Shown here in pieces: positions 38,719 through 47,277 of a stretch of 64,000 nucleotides of DNA (the first letter of the stretch is position 1; each line of letters opens with the position of its first letter). The stretch lies in contig JBFLYH010000001.1 of NCBI GenBank assembly GCA_040756875.1, positions 1 through 64,000 on the forward strand, read 5' to 3'. The position numbers were made by a program, and so were the translations under genes. The notes under the pieces are model-generated. The model was given only the letters and a program-made list of their open reading frames with translations, made no database searches and was not told the origin of the DNA. Origin of the DNA: a candidate division FCPU426 bacterium (GTDB lineage: Bacteria > Oederibacteriota > JAAXVQ01 > JAUVAV01).

Positions 38719-39145
38719 TTTCGAACCGCGAATTGTGGCTTTTGTCTGCAACTGGTGCGCCTATGGGGGCGCAGACCAGGCTGGCGGACAAAAACTCGCG
38801 TATCCCGCCAATGTCCAACTGGTGCGCGTGATGTGCAGCGGCCGGGTGTCTCCCCGGTTGGTCCTGGAAGCTTTTCGGATGGGAGCAGACGGGGTGATGG
38901 TGCTGGGCTGTCATCCTGGAGACTGCCATTACCGAAATGGGAACCTTAAAGCCGAGAAGCGCTTTAAAACCTTTAAAAAAGTGCTGGCCCAGCTGGGCAT
39001 TGAAGAAGCGCGCTGTCTGCGGGATTGGGTGGCGGCCTCGGAGGGGAAGAAGTTCCAGGAACTGGCTGTCGCCATGACGCGAACGATAAAGCGCCTGGGC
39101 CCCTTGCGCTTAACGGCGAAACCCGGTCCGGGAGGCGGGACATGA
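38711..39145 (+). CDS. mvhD: MvhD/FlpD-type [2Fe-2S] subunit
   Basis: FVCNWCAYGGAD, RVMCSGRV, GADGV, GCHPGDCHY..GN. Confidence 0.93.
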   Translation: MTDFEPRIVAFVCNWCAYGGADQAGGQKLAYPANVQLVRVMCSGRVSPRLVLEAFRMGADGVMVLGCHPGDCHYRNGNLKAEKRFKTFKKVLAQLGIEEARCLRDWVAASEGKKFQELAVAMTRTIKRLGPLRLTAKPGPGGGT

Positions 39146-41040
39146 AGAAAAAGGCCGCTCCCGGCATTATCCTAAAACAAAGCAGACCCGCCAAGCAATC
39201 CGCAGGCAGCGATTATTCCGCGGGTACAGGGCCGGAAGTGTCCTTGCTGCTCAATGGCGAGGAAATATCCGTGGCCCGCGATACGACGATATACGATGCG
39301 GCTGTACAAAACGGCGCGTGTTTCGCCCGCCCGGAGGACGTGGCCGAAACCTCTTGGATTCACAACGGCGATTGCTATCTGCTTAGCATTGCGGAAGTCA
39401 ACCAGGTTTTGATGCCGGTGGCGGCGATGAAAAAGAGGCCAGTGGCACAGGGCATGCGCATCAACACCGAATCCCCTAAAATAAAGGCCAGCCTGCGCGA
39501 CCGGGTCAAGCAATTGCATGAACGGCAGGAATGCGCCGTTGTCAGGCAAATCCAGGAATTGTGCGCAGCCGAGGCGGAATCCGCCGGATTTGTCTCGGCG
39601 CCGGAAAGGGAAAAGTGGGGTTTCGCAGACCGCCTGACCGGGCCGTCCATTTTGCATGAGCCGAACAAATGCCTGCGCTGCGAAGCGTGCGTCAACGCCT
39701 GCAAAGACCTCCAGGGAGTGGACGCCCTGCGCAAGGATCCTGCGTTGGGGATCGTGGTGGACGAAACCAAATGCGTGCGTTGCGGGCAGTGCATTCTGGC
39801 TTGCCCCATGGGCTCGCCGGAGAACCTGGCCGCCTATCTTGACCTGATGGGATGCCATATGTGCCCGTTTTCACGGCCCTTGGGCGCAATGAGGGAGCAG
39901 GACGATACGGCCAGGGTGTTGCAAGCGCTGAATGATCCGGATCAATACGTGGTCGTGCAATTTGCCCCCTCGGTCAGGGCCACCCTGGGCGAGGCCTTCG
40001 GCATCGCGCCGGGCGCTTTAGTCACCAACCAATTGTACGCCGCTTTGCGCCGGGCCGGTTTTGACCGGATCTGGGACACCAACTTCGCCGCTGACCTCAC
40101 GATCATGGAGGAAGGCTCCGAACTGATCGCGCGCCTTCAGCGGCAAGGGCCTCTGCCGCAACTGACCTCCTGCTCGCCGGGCTGGGTCAATTACATCGAA
40201 ACCTTCTATCCGGAGTTGCTGCCGCTGGTTTCCTCCGCCAAATCACCCCAGCAAATGTTCGGCGTGGCGGCAAAAACCTATGCCGCGGAAAAATTGCGCG
40301 TCGCTCCGGGGAAAATGACCGTGGTATCCATTATGCCGTGCACGGCTAAAAAATACGAAGCGGCCCGCAAAGAAATGAACGCAGCCTGGGAATACTGGCG
40401 CCGGAAGGGGCTGAACCAAGACCCCTTTCAGGACGTGGACGTTGTACTGACGACACGCGAGGCGGCCAAGCTTTTAAAAATACTGAACATCGATGTGTCA
40501 AAAATGCCAGAGGAAGGCCCTGATCCGCTTTTAGGCGCGTATTCCGGCGCAGCACCCATTTTCGGACGGACCGGAGGTGTCATGGAGGCTGCCTTGCGGA
40601 CGGCCTACGAGCTGCTGACCAATACCCCTCTGGGTGAGCTGGAGTTCTCAGAGCTGGGAACCGTGGAAGGCATAAAAAGGGGCCGGGTCCTGATCAACGG
40701 GTCGGAAATCAAAGTCGCTGTGGCCCACGGGCTGGCCAATGCCCGGCAGGTGCTGGAATCCATCAAGCAGAAGGGCGAATTTTCCCGCTACCATTTCATC
40801 GAGATCATGTGCTGCCCTGGCGGGTGCGTGGGAGGGGGAGGTCAGATTGTTTCCACCAACCTGCCCCGGATCGTCAAACGAACCCTTGGCATCAATCAGG
40901 ATGACCGCCAGCGTGAAATAAGAAAATCCCATCAAAACAAGGAAATCCAGGCGCTATACCGGGATTTCCTCGGACAGCCTTTAAGCCGGCTGGCGCATGA
41001 ACTGCTGCATACCAAGTATTCCGCCCGTCCACCCAAGTAA
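39142..41040 (+). CDS. hydA: [FeFe]-hydrogenase catalytic subunit (group A-like)
   Basis: H-cluster motifs TSCSPGW, MPCTAKKYE, EIMCCPGGCVGGGGQ; ADLTIMEE, GGVMEAA; 2x[4Fe-4S]; fused small-subunit tail (RKSH...HELLHTKY). Confidence 0.93.
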   Translation: MKKKAAPGIILKQSRPAKQSAGSDYSAGTGPEVSLLLNGEEISVARDTTIYDAAVQNGACFARPEDVAETSWIHNGDCYLLSIAEVNQVLMPVAAMKKRPVAQGMRINTESPKIKASLRDRVKQLHERQECAVVRQIQELCAAEAESAGFVSAPEREKWGFADRLTGPSILHEPNKCLRCEACVNACKDLQGVDALRKDPALGIVVDETKCVRCGQCILACPMGSPENLAAYLDLMGCHMCPFSRPLGAMREQDDTARVLQALNDPDQYVVVQFAPSVRATLGEAFGIAPGALVTNQLYAALRRAGFDRIWDTNFAADLTIMEEGSELIARLQRQGPLPQLTSCSPGWVNYIETFYPELLPLVSSAKSPQQMFGVAAKTYAAEKLRVAPGKMTVVSIMPCTAKKYEAARKEMNAAWEYWRRKGLNQDPFQDVDVVLTTREAAKLLKILNIDVSKMPEEGPDPLLGAYSGAAPIFGRTGGVMEAALRTAYELLTNTPLGELEFSELGTVEGIKRGRVLINGSEIKVAVAHGLANARQVLESIKQKGEFSRYHFIEIMCCPGGCVGGGGQIVSTNLPRIVKRTLGINQDDRQREIRKSHQNKEIQALYRDFLGQPLSRLAHELLHTKYSARPPK

Positions 41041-41044
41041 GTGC

Positions 41045-41072
41045 TTGACTCGACCGGAAAAATCCGTATATT
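41045..41072 (+). promoter_or_regulatory. Candidate promoter for the tRNA pair
   Basis: TTGACT-16 nt-TATATT. Confidence 0.5.
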
Positions 41073-41154
41073 AAATGGACTTTGATCAGCAGTGGCGGTG
41101 AATTTAACGATCATCCCTGCTTTTCAGAACGTTTTTTAAGTGCATGCAAGTCAT

Positions 41155-41231
41155 GGGCGGATAGCTCAGTTGGTTAGAGCGCCTGCCTTACAAGCAGGAG
41201 GTCACAGGTTCGAACCCTGTTTCGCCCACCA
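41155..41231 (+). tRNA. tRNA-Val(TAC)
   Basis: GGGCGGA acceptor stem, TAGCTCAG D arm, CCTGC-ctTACaa-GCAGG anticodon arm, GGTTCGAA T loop, encoded CCA. Confidence 0.97.
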
Positions 41232-41412
41232 GCGTTTCGCCCTGGCGGGCGAAACGCAGAGCAGGCGAGCAGTTGAACAGTTGAACAGGAGATTAAAGCG
41301 AGCCTGCGGTCACCTGCTCTGCTGTTCCACTGGTCGATTTTTCACATGATCGTTTTAATGAATTTAAGCAGTTGAACAGCTGGACAGGTGAGCTGATTCG
41401 CTGCGTTTATAT

Positions 41413-41490
41413 GGGGTCGTAGCTCAGCTGGTTTAGAGCGCCTGCCTGTCACGCAGGAGGCCGCGGGTTCGAGCCCCGTCGACCCCGCCA
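41413..41490 (+). tRNA. tRNA-Asp(GTC)
   Basis: GGGGTCG/CGACCCC acceptor stem, CCTGC-ctGTCac-GCAGG anticodon arm, GGTTCGAG T loop, encoded CCA. Confidence 0.97.
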
Positions 41491-41496
41491 GTAAAT

Positions 41497-41528
41497 AAAA
41501 AGCCCGGTCCAAAAGGACCGGGCTTTTT
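41497..41528 (+). terminator. Intrinsic terminator after tRNA-Asp
   Basis: AAAAAGCCCGGTCC-aaaa-GGACCGGGCTTTTT. Confidence 0.88.
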
Positions 41529-41691
41529 ATTTACTGATAGGAGATTGATGGGAGATTCGAACTCAAGGGGGTCTGGGGGAGAAGCTCCCCCAGGCACTCG
41601 GGGTGACAGCGACGAGCTTGCGAGGAGCGCCAGAGGGGCAGAGCCCCTATGGAGAGCGCCGGGAGGCGCGAGGGTTCTAGGCCAAAGGCCG

Positions 41692-41712
41692 GAGCCCCGT
41701 CGACCCCGCCAG
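41692..41712 (+). repeat. Exact direct repeat of the tRNA-Asp 3' end (att-like)
   Basis: GAGCCCCGTCGACCCCGCCAG is identical to 41471-41491. Confidence 0.9.
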
Positions 41713-41829
41713 AAAATAAAACACCCAGCCCTTTCAGGCTGGGTACTTAATTTTCTGCAGGTGTTCGGAAGACGAGGCGAGAACTCAGGGAGTATGGGAA
41801 AGATATCCCCCTGCTCGAAGCGTCGGCAT

Positions 41830-42198
41830 TTAATCCGGCGTTTCGACGCGCAGACGATGGACGTCCGGGTCCAGACCCATAAAATGGGTGCTGCCAAAAT
41901 ACATTTTCTGGGGCGGTATGATGATGCGAATCCCCTTTTGGACCCATGGTTGATGCAGCTCGTTTAACGCGGCCGTACCCGTGACCGTGAAGCTCAGCTC
42001 TGCCGAGGCGCTCATGGCAGGGGCAGGAGGTTGCAGCTTGTTGCGGTCATAGATGGAGAATTCGAAACCATGATCGAGCTTGAACATCGCATAGAAGGGG
42101 GACGCTAAAGTGGGTTTTTGATTGAATAAATCCGAATAGAACGCCGAGCTTTTGACGATATCGATGACATAAAATAACACTGCGTTTGGTTGGGGCAT
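41830..42198 (-). CDS. VOC/glyoxalase family protein
   Basis: FYVIDIVKSSAFYSDLF, ELSF, FG..F...DPD.H.LRV; GGGGAGG RBS. Confidence 0.85.
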   Translation of the reverse strand: MPQPNAVLFYVIDIVKSSAFYSDLFNQKPTLASPFYAMFKLDHGFEFSIYDRNKLQPPAPAMSASAELSFTVTGTAALNELHQPWVQKGIRIIIPPQKMYFGSTHFMGLDPDVHRLRVETPD

Positions 42199-42535
42199 AC
42201 CGACCTCCCCTATTATCAAATCGTTCGTTTTGCCGCTAAAAACATTTTCTGTCAGCAACGCGACCTAAGCATTGGACCCCTGAATAATTGGATCTGTGGA
42301 ATCGGAATGGAACCGTTGTATCCCTATTAATGGATGGAGTATACCCGCGGGCGCAGAGAAAAAACTAGCAATTTCAATGTTTTTATGGGATTTTGTTAAA
42401 CGCGGCCACTAAAGACTGCGGGCTGTCCAGGCACCTGTTCCATTTTTAACTAAAAGTGGCCGCTTTCATGATAACGGGTGGCCGTTTGGGCCCGGCGCAT
42501 GCAGGTGACGAGAAACCGAAGTCCCGAGGGGAAGC

Positions 42536-45500
42536 ATGAATTTATTTATACGGAAATGGTATTTAACCGGACTTACTATCCTGCTGTCCGGCGGATTGAT
42601 GATTGGGGGCGCTGCCGGGTTGGGATTCAAGGCACAAGGGCAGGACTGGCGGCAGGCTAAACGGTTGTTCGCGTGGCAGGCAAGCAAAGCATCGGTGAAA
42701 ACGAACATCGCCATAAACTCCCAGGCGGCTAAAGCAGGGGCAAATGAAAATTGGCTCAGCCAAGTTATAAGGCGGATCGAAACCCAGGAATATACGGCGT
42801 TGAAAAACGCGGAAGGCCAATGGCAGGCGCCGAATAGGAAACAGCGGTTGCGGACGGTTTTTGCGAGCGACGGCATTGAAGTGGCGCCGCAGTTCATTTC
42901 CCGGGGAACCGCCGGACAACTGTTGCCGGGCAAAGGACCTAAGACCGTTCAGGTTGCTCAGACACAAAGCGCTCAATGGACATGGCGATGGCAGACCCAG
43001 GCAATCGGGAGGACGGGCGCTATGCGCTCTGTGCCGGACATCGCGCCAAAAGCCGAAGGCAACCGGGTGGAGTATGCGCGTGAGGATTTCGTCGAATGGT
43101 ATGAGAACAAACCCGAAGGCGTGGAACAGGGATTTGTCATTCATCGGAAACCGGAAATCAATCGGGGCGCTCAACCGGACACCGATACAGTGGGCATCCA
43201 ATCCCAGCCCATCCTGGGCTTGATCCCCCGTTTATCCCCGGACCAACAGCGCATCGAATTTCTAGATCAACATCAGGCCAAAGTTCTGGAATACGGCAAA
43301 CTGCTGGTTCGGGATGCGCGCGGAAAGGTTCTGCGCTCCGAACTTCGGCTGGAAAACAACCGAATCATGCTGGCTTATGATGATCACGCTGCTGCCTATC
43401 CTGTGCATATTGATCCCTTGCTGACAACCCCGGCCTGGACTGCTGACGGGGACCAGAACGGCGCCTATTTCGCCTGGTCGGTGGCGAGCGCCGGGGATGT
43501 GAACAACGACGGGTATGGCGATGTGATCGTAGGTGCGTCCCATTACAGCAATGGCGAGACGTATGAAGGCCGCGCGTTTGTGTATCATGGGAGCGCCTCG
43601 GGACTGGCCGCAACCCCGGCGTGGACCACTGAGGGCAACCTGCTTGGTGCCTATTTCGGCCATTCGGTGGCGAGTGCGGGTGATGTCAATGGCGACGGAT
43701 ACAGTGATGTGGTTGTAGGCGCTTTTAATTATAATAACGGGGAAGTGGGCGAAGGCCGCGTGTTTGTTTATCACGGAAGCGCCTCGGGACTGGCCGCAAC
43801 TCCGGCCTGGACCGCCGAGAGCAACCAGGCCGGTGCGCATTTCGGCTATTCAGTAGCGAGTGCCGGGGATGTGAACGGCGATGGGTACGCGGATGTGATC
43901 GTGGGCGCCCGCTATTATACCAATGGCGAGTCGCGGGAAGGCCGCGCCTATGTGTATCATGGGAGCGCCTCGGGACTGGCCGCAACCCCGGCGTGGACCG
44001 GCGAGAGCAATCAAGTCGATGGGTATTTCGGCTATTCGGTGGCGAGCGCCGGAGATGTGAACGGCGACGGATACAGCGATGTGATTGTGGGCGCTTACAA
44101 CTGCTATAGCGGCGAGGCGGGGGAAGGCCGCGCATTTGTCTATCATGGGAGCGCTTCCGGCTTGGCCGCAACCCCGGCCTGGACTGCGGAGAGCAATCAG
44201 GTTAATGCTTGTTTTGGCTATTCCGTGGCGGGCGCGGGGGATGTGGATGGCGACGGATACAGCGATGTGATTGTGGGCGCCATCGCGTATGACAATGTAG
44301 AGGCGAATGAGGGCTGCGCGTTCGTGTATCACGGGAGCGCCTCGGGTCTGGGCGCAACCCCGGCGTGGACCGCCGAAAGCAATCAAAACAGTGCGGAGTT
44401 CGGCTATTCCGTGGCGGGCGCAGGTGATGTGAATGGCGACGGATACGCTGATGTGATCGTGGGCGCTTGTTTATATGACAACGGCGACATGGACGAAGGC
44501 CGCGCCTATGTGTATCTTGGCGGCGCTTCAGGTTTGGCTGCAACTCCAACTTGGACTGATGAGGGAAATCAATACAACGCCCGGTTCGGCTATTCGGCGT
44601 CAAGCGCCGGGGATGTGAACGGCGACGGGTACTCGGACGTGATGGTGGGCGCTTATTTATATGACAATGGCGTGCCTGATTTGGGCCGCGTATTTGTCTA
44701 TCACGGGGGCGCTTCAGGGCTCGCGGCTGCCCCGGCCTGGACAGCAGAGAGCGATCAGGCAAACGCCAACTTTGGCTGGATGGTGTCAAGCGCCGGGGAC
44801 GTGAACGGCGACGGTTACAATGACGTGATCGTAGGCGCGCGCGGATACGATGCCATGGGCAGAGTTTATGTTTATCATGGCAGCGCCAGCGGACCCTCCC
44901 TGGCACCGGACTGGACGGCCGCCGGGGATCAGGCAGGCGCTTATTTCGGCAATGCGGCGGCGGCGGCCGGGGATGTGAACGGCGACGGGTACGGTGATGT
45001 GATTATCAGCGCCCATTGGTACACCCACGGCGAGACCAATGAGGGCATGGTTTATGTGTATCACGGGAGCGCAACCGGACTCTCGGCCACGCCCGACTGG
45101 ACCGCGGAAGGCGACCAGGCGAGCGCTTATTTCGGCACCAGCCTGGCGGGCGCAGGGGATGTGAATGGCGACGGGTATGCCGACGTGATTATCGGAGCAC
45201 CCAACTATGACCATGGCGAAGCGGATGAAGGCCAGGTGTTTGTCTATTGCGGAAGCGCAAGCGGACTTGGCAGCACTCCGGCCTGGACTGCTGAAAGCGA
45301 CCAAGCCATTGCCCAGATGGGCTCGTGCGTGGCTTCGGCTGGAGACGTGAACGGTGATGGGTTCAGCGATGTAATTGCAGGCGCGCCTTTTTACAGCAAT
45401 GGCGAGTCGCGGGAAGGCCGCGCGTTTGTTTATCATGGGTACGCGGGTGGACTTTACGTCACCCCGGCTTGGACCACGGAGAGCAACCAGGTGAATGCCT

Positions 45501-47176
45501 ATTTGGGGGCCTGTGCCAGTGCCGGAGATGTGAACGGCGACGGGTACGGCGATGTGGTGGTGGGCGCTTATTTTTATGATAATGGCGAGGTGAACGAAGG
45601 CAGCGCCTACGTGTTTCACGGCAGCGCCTCGGGGCTGGGAAGCACCCCGGTTTGGACCGCGGAGAGCAATCAGGCGGATGCCCGTTTCGGCCAATCCGTA
45701 GCCAGCGCCGGTGACGTGAATGGCGATAGGTATGACGACGTGATGATAGGTGCACCGAATTTTAGCGACGGTGAGACGAATGAAGGCCGCGCGTTTATAT
45801 ATTATGGCGGCGCGACCGGGCTTGCGGGGGCATCGGCCTGGATGACCGGGGGCAACCAGGCGAATGCTCGTTTTGGTTGGGTGGCGACTGGCGCCGGAGA
45901 TGTCAATGGTGACGGCTACGGCGACACTATTGTGGGCGCGCCTTATTTTTCCAACAGTGAAAGCAATGAAGGCCGGGCGTTTGTGTATCTCGGCAATAGT
46001 GGTACAGCGCAAGCAGTCAGGCTTCGCCAGGCAAGCGCTGATGGATTACGGTTGATCGGACCCGCTGGAATGGCTTCGACAGATGCCGGCAACACATCCT
46101 TCCGGGTGCGTATTTTCAGCCGAGCGAGCCAGGGCCGGAGCAGGGCGAAGCTGCAACTGCAAACTGGGGAACCAGGACAGCCATTAATGTCCGGGACCTT
46201 GACCGCCCAGGCAGGATACACGGATCTGGGAGTGGCGGGTACGGATCTGGAATTCCCGTTAAGTGGCCTTGATTCTCTGCAGGCTTATCATTGGCAGGCC
46301 AGGCTGTTGTATGATCCTGCCCAAGCTTCCAATGGAAATCTGCACGGCCCGTGGCACAACCTGTCGTGGGGCGGATTATGCGGCAATTCGGACATGCGCA
46401 CCGGACCTGTTCCTGCGCCAACCGCCACACCGACCATCACTTGCACGGCGACCCAAACCTGGACTGTGACACCGACTGGGACGCAAACACCGACGGTGAC
46501 GATGACTCCGACCGGGACAGAAACCGGAACCGCGACACCGACATTGACGGCCACGCCGACCGTGACTTTGACTGCGACGCACACGTTGACGGCAACGGGA
46601 AGTGAAACCTCAACTGCGACACCAACGCCGACTGCCACGCCGACAGTCACATTGACCCGGACCGGAACAGAGACTTTAACCGCGACGCCAACCGCCAGCG
46701 CGACGTCCAGCATTACCCCGACGGGCACACTGTCGACCACACTAACGGTCACGCCGACAACAACCACGACGGCAAATGAAACACCCGTGCTTTCGAGAAC
46801 GCCGACTTCGACGGCAACAAACAGTCCGGTCATTGTTGCCACGCCCACAATTACCGCCGGCATGACGGGCACAAGTTCGCCTACCCTGACGGCAAGTCCG
46901 GTGCTGGCTGGCCCAGGCAATAAAAAAGTATTGGTTTATCCCAGTCCGGCCAGTGATAAGATGCGATTTGTAATGAATGTGGAGGAGGCCGGTCGGGTTA
47001 TGATAATGATTTACAATTTAAATGGCGAGAGGGTAGCTGCCCTAAACACTGATTTATACTCCGGCCGGGAAACCATCACATGGGACTGTTCCGGATTGGC
47101 GCCGGGCATTTACCTGGCGCGGTTGCTGCTGGAAGGAAAGGAAATCGGAAAAGCCAAAGTGGCGGTGGTGCGCTAA
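42536..47176 (+). CDS. Large secreted FG-GAP/integrin-alpha repeat protein with Thr/Pro linker and C-terminal sorting-like domain
   Basis: Signal sequence, 14 AGDV(N/D)xDG(Y/F)xD-type repeats of ~60 aa, TPTxT linker, terminal YPSPA...GIYL...KVAVVR. Confidence 0.88.
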   Translation: MNLFIRKWYLTGLTILLSGGLMIGGAAGLGFKAQGQDWRQAKRLFAWQASKASVKTNIAINSQAAKAGANENWLSQVIRRIETQEYTALKNAEGQWQAPNRKQRLRTVFASDGIEVAPQFISRGTAGQLLPGKGPKTVQVAQTQSAQWTWRWQTQAIGRTGAMRSVPDIAPKAEGNRVEYAREDFVEWYENKPEGVEQGFVIHRKPEINRGAQPDTDTVGIQSQPILGLIPRLSPDQQRIEFLDQHQAKVLEYGKLLVRDARGKVLRSELRLENNRIMLAYDDHAAAYPVHIDPLLTTPAWTADGDQNGAYFAWSVASAGDVNNDGYGDVIVGASHYSNGETYEGRAFVYHGSASGLAATPAWTTEGNLLGAYFGHSVASAGDVNGDGYSDVVVGAFNYNNGEVGEGRVFVYHGSASGLAATPAWTAESNQAGAHFGYSVASAGDVNGDGYADVIVGARYYTNGESREGRAYVYHGSASGLAATPAWTGESNQVDGYFGYSVASAGDVNGDGYSDVIVGAYNCYSGEAGEGRAFVYHGSASGLAATPAWTAESNQVNACFGYSVAGAGDVDGDGYSDVIVGAIAYDNVEANEGCAFVYHGSASGLGATPAWTAESNQNSAEFGYSVAGAGDVNGDGYADVIVGACLYDNGDMDEGRAYVYLGGASGLAATPTWTDEGNQYNARFGYSASSAGDVNGDGYSDVMVGAYLYDNGVPDLGRVFVYHGGASGLAAAPAWTAESDQANANFGWMVSSAGDVNGDGYNDVIVGARGYDAMGRVYVYHGSASGPSLAPDWTAAGDQAGAYFGNAAAAAGDVNGDGYGDVIISAHWYTHGETNEGMVYVYHGSATGLSATPDWTAEGDQASAYFGTSLAGAGDVNGDGYADVIIGAPNYDHGEADEGQVFVYCGSASGLGSTPAWTAESDQAIAQMGSCVASAGDVNGDGFSDVIAGAPFYSNGESREGRAFVYHGYAGGLYVTPAWTTESNQVNAYLGACASAGDVNGDGYGDVVVGAYFYDNGEVNEGSAYVFHGSASGLGSTPVWTAESNQADARFGQSVASAGDVNGDRYDDVMIGAPNFSDGETNEGRAFIYYGGATGLAGASAWMTGGNQANARFGWVATGAGDVNGDGYGDTIVGAPYFSNSESNEGRAFVYLGNSGTAQAVRLRQASADGLRLIGPAGMASTDAGNTSFRVRIFSRASQGRSRAKLQLQTGEPGQPLMSGTLTAQAGYTDLGVAGTDLEFPLSGLDSLQAYHWQARLLYDPAQASNGNLHGPWHNLSWGGLCGNSDMRTGPVPAPTATPTITCTATQTWTVTPTGTQTPTVTMTPTGTETGTATPTLTATPTVTLTATHTLTATGSETSTATPTPTATPTVTLTRTGTETLTATPTASATSSITPTGTLSTTLTVTPTTTTTANETPVLSRTPTSTATNSPVIVATPTITAGMTGTSSPTLTASPVLAGPGNKKVLVYPSPASDKMRFVMNVEEAGRVMIMIYNLNGERVAALNTDLYSGRETITWDCSGLAPGIYLARLLLEGKEIGKAKVAVVR

Positions 47177-47220
47177 GCGTCCGCCAATTCCATCCGGTAC
47201 CAGGTTCGAAATTCGTTCGC

Positions 47221-47277
47221 TCGCCCCCGCCCGTAAATAATAAAACCACCCACTGAAGGTGGCTTTGTTTTTACTGG
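47221..47277 (+). repeat. Degenerate third copy of the tRNA-Asp 3' end plus terminator
   Basis: TCGCCCCCGCCCGTAAATAA matches 41479-41498 at 18/20; preceded by GGTTCGA (47203) and followed by a hairpin and TTTACTG. Confidence 0.65.

Noticed and set aside
36769-39145. Selenocysteine read-through in HdrA or MvhD
   Set aside because: The recognisable Cys motifs are encoded by Cys codons and no in-frame TGA interrupts either gene.
36769-39145. hdrA-mvhD as evidence of methanogenesis or archaeal origin
   Set aside because: The context is clearly bacterial, hdrBC and mcr are absent, and HdrA/MvhD homologues are widespread in anaerobic bacteria.
41433-41967. ORFs 41433-41897(-) and 41545-41967(+)
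   Set aside because: They overlap the tRNA, terminators, the repeat element and the VOC gene, and have no protein-like motifs.
43420-46000. FG-GAP repeats as a CRISPR array or a DGR target
   Set aside because: The repeats are in-frame ~180-nt coding units; no cas genes, reverse transcriptase or template repeat are in the window.
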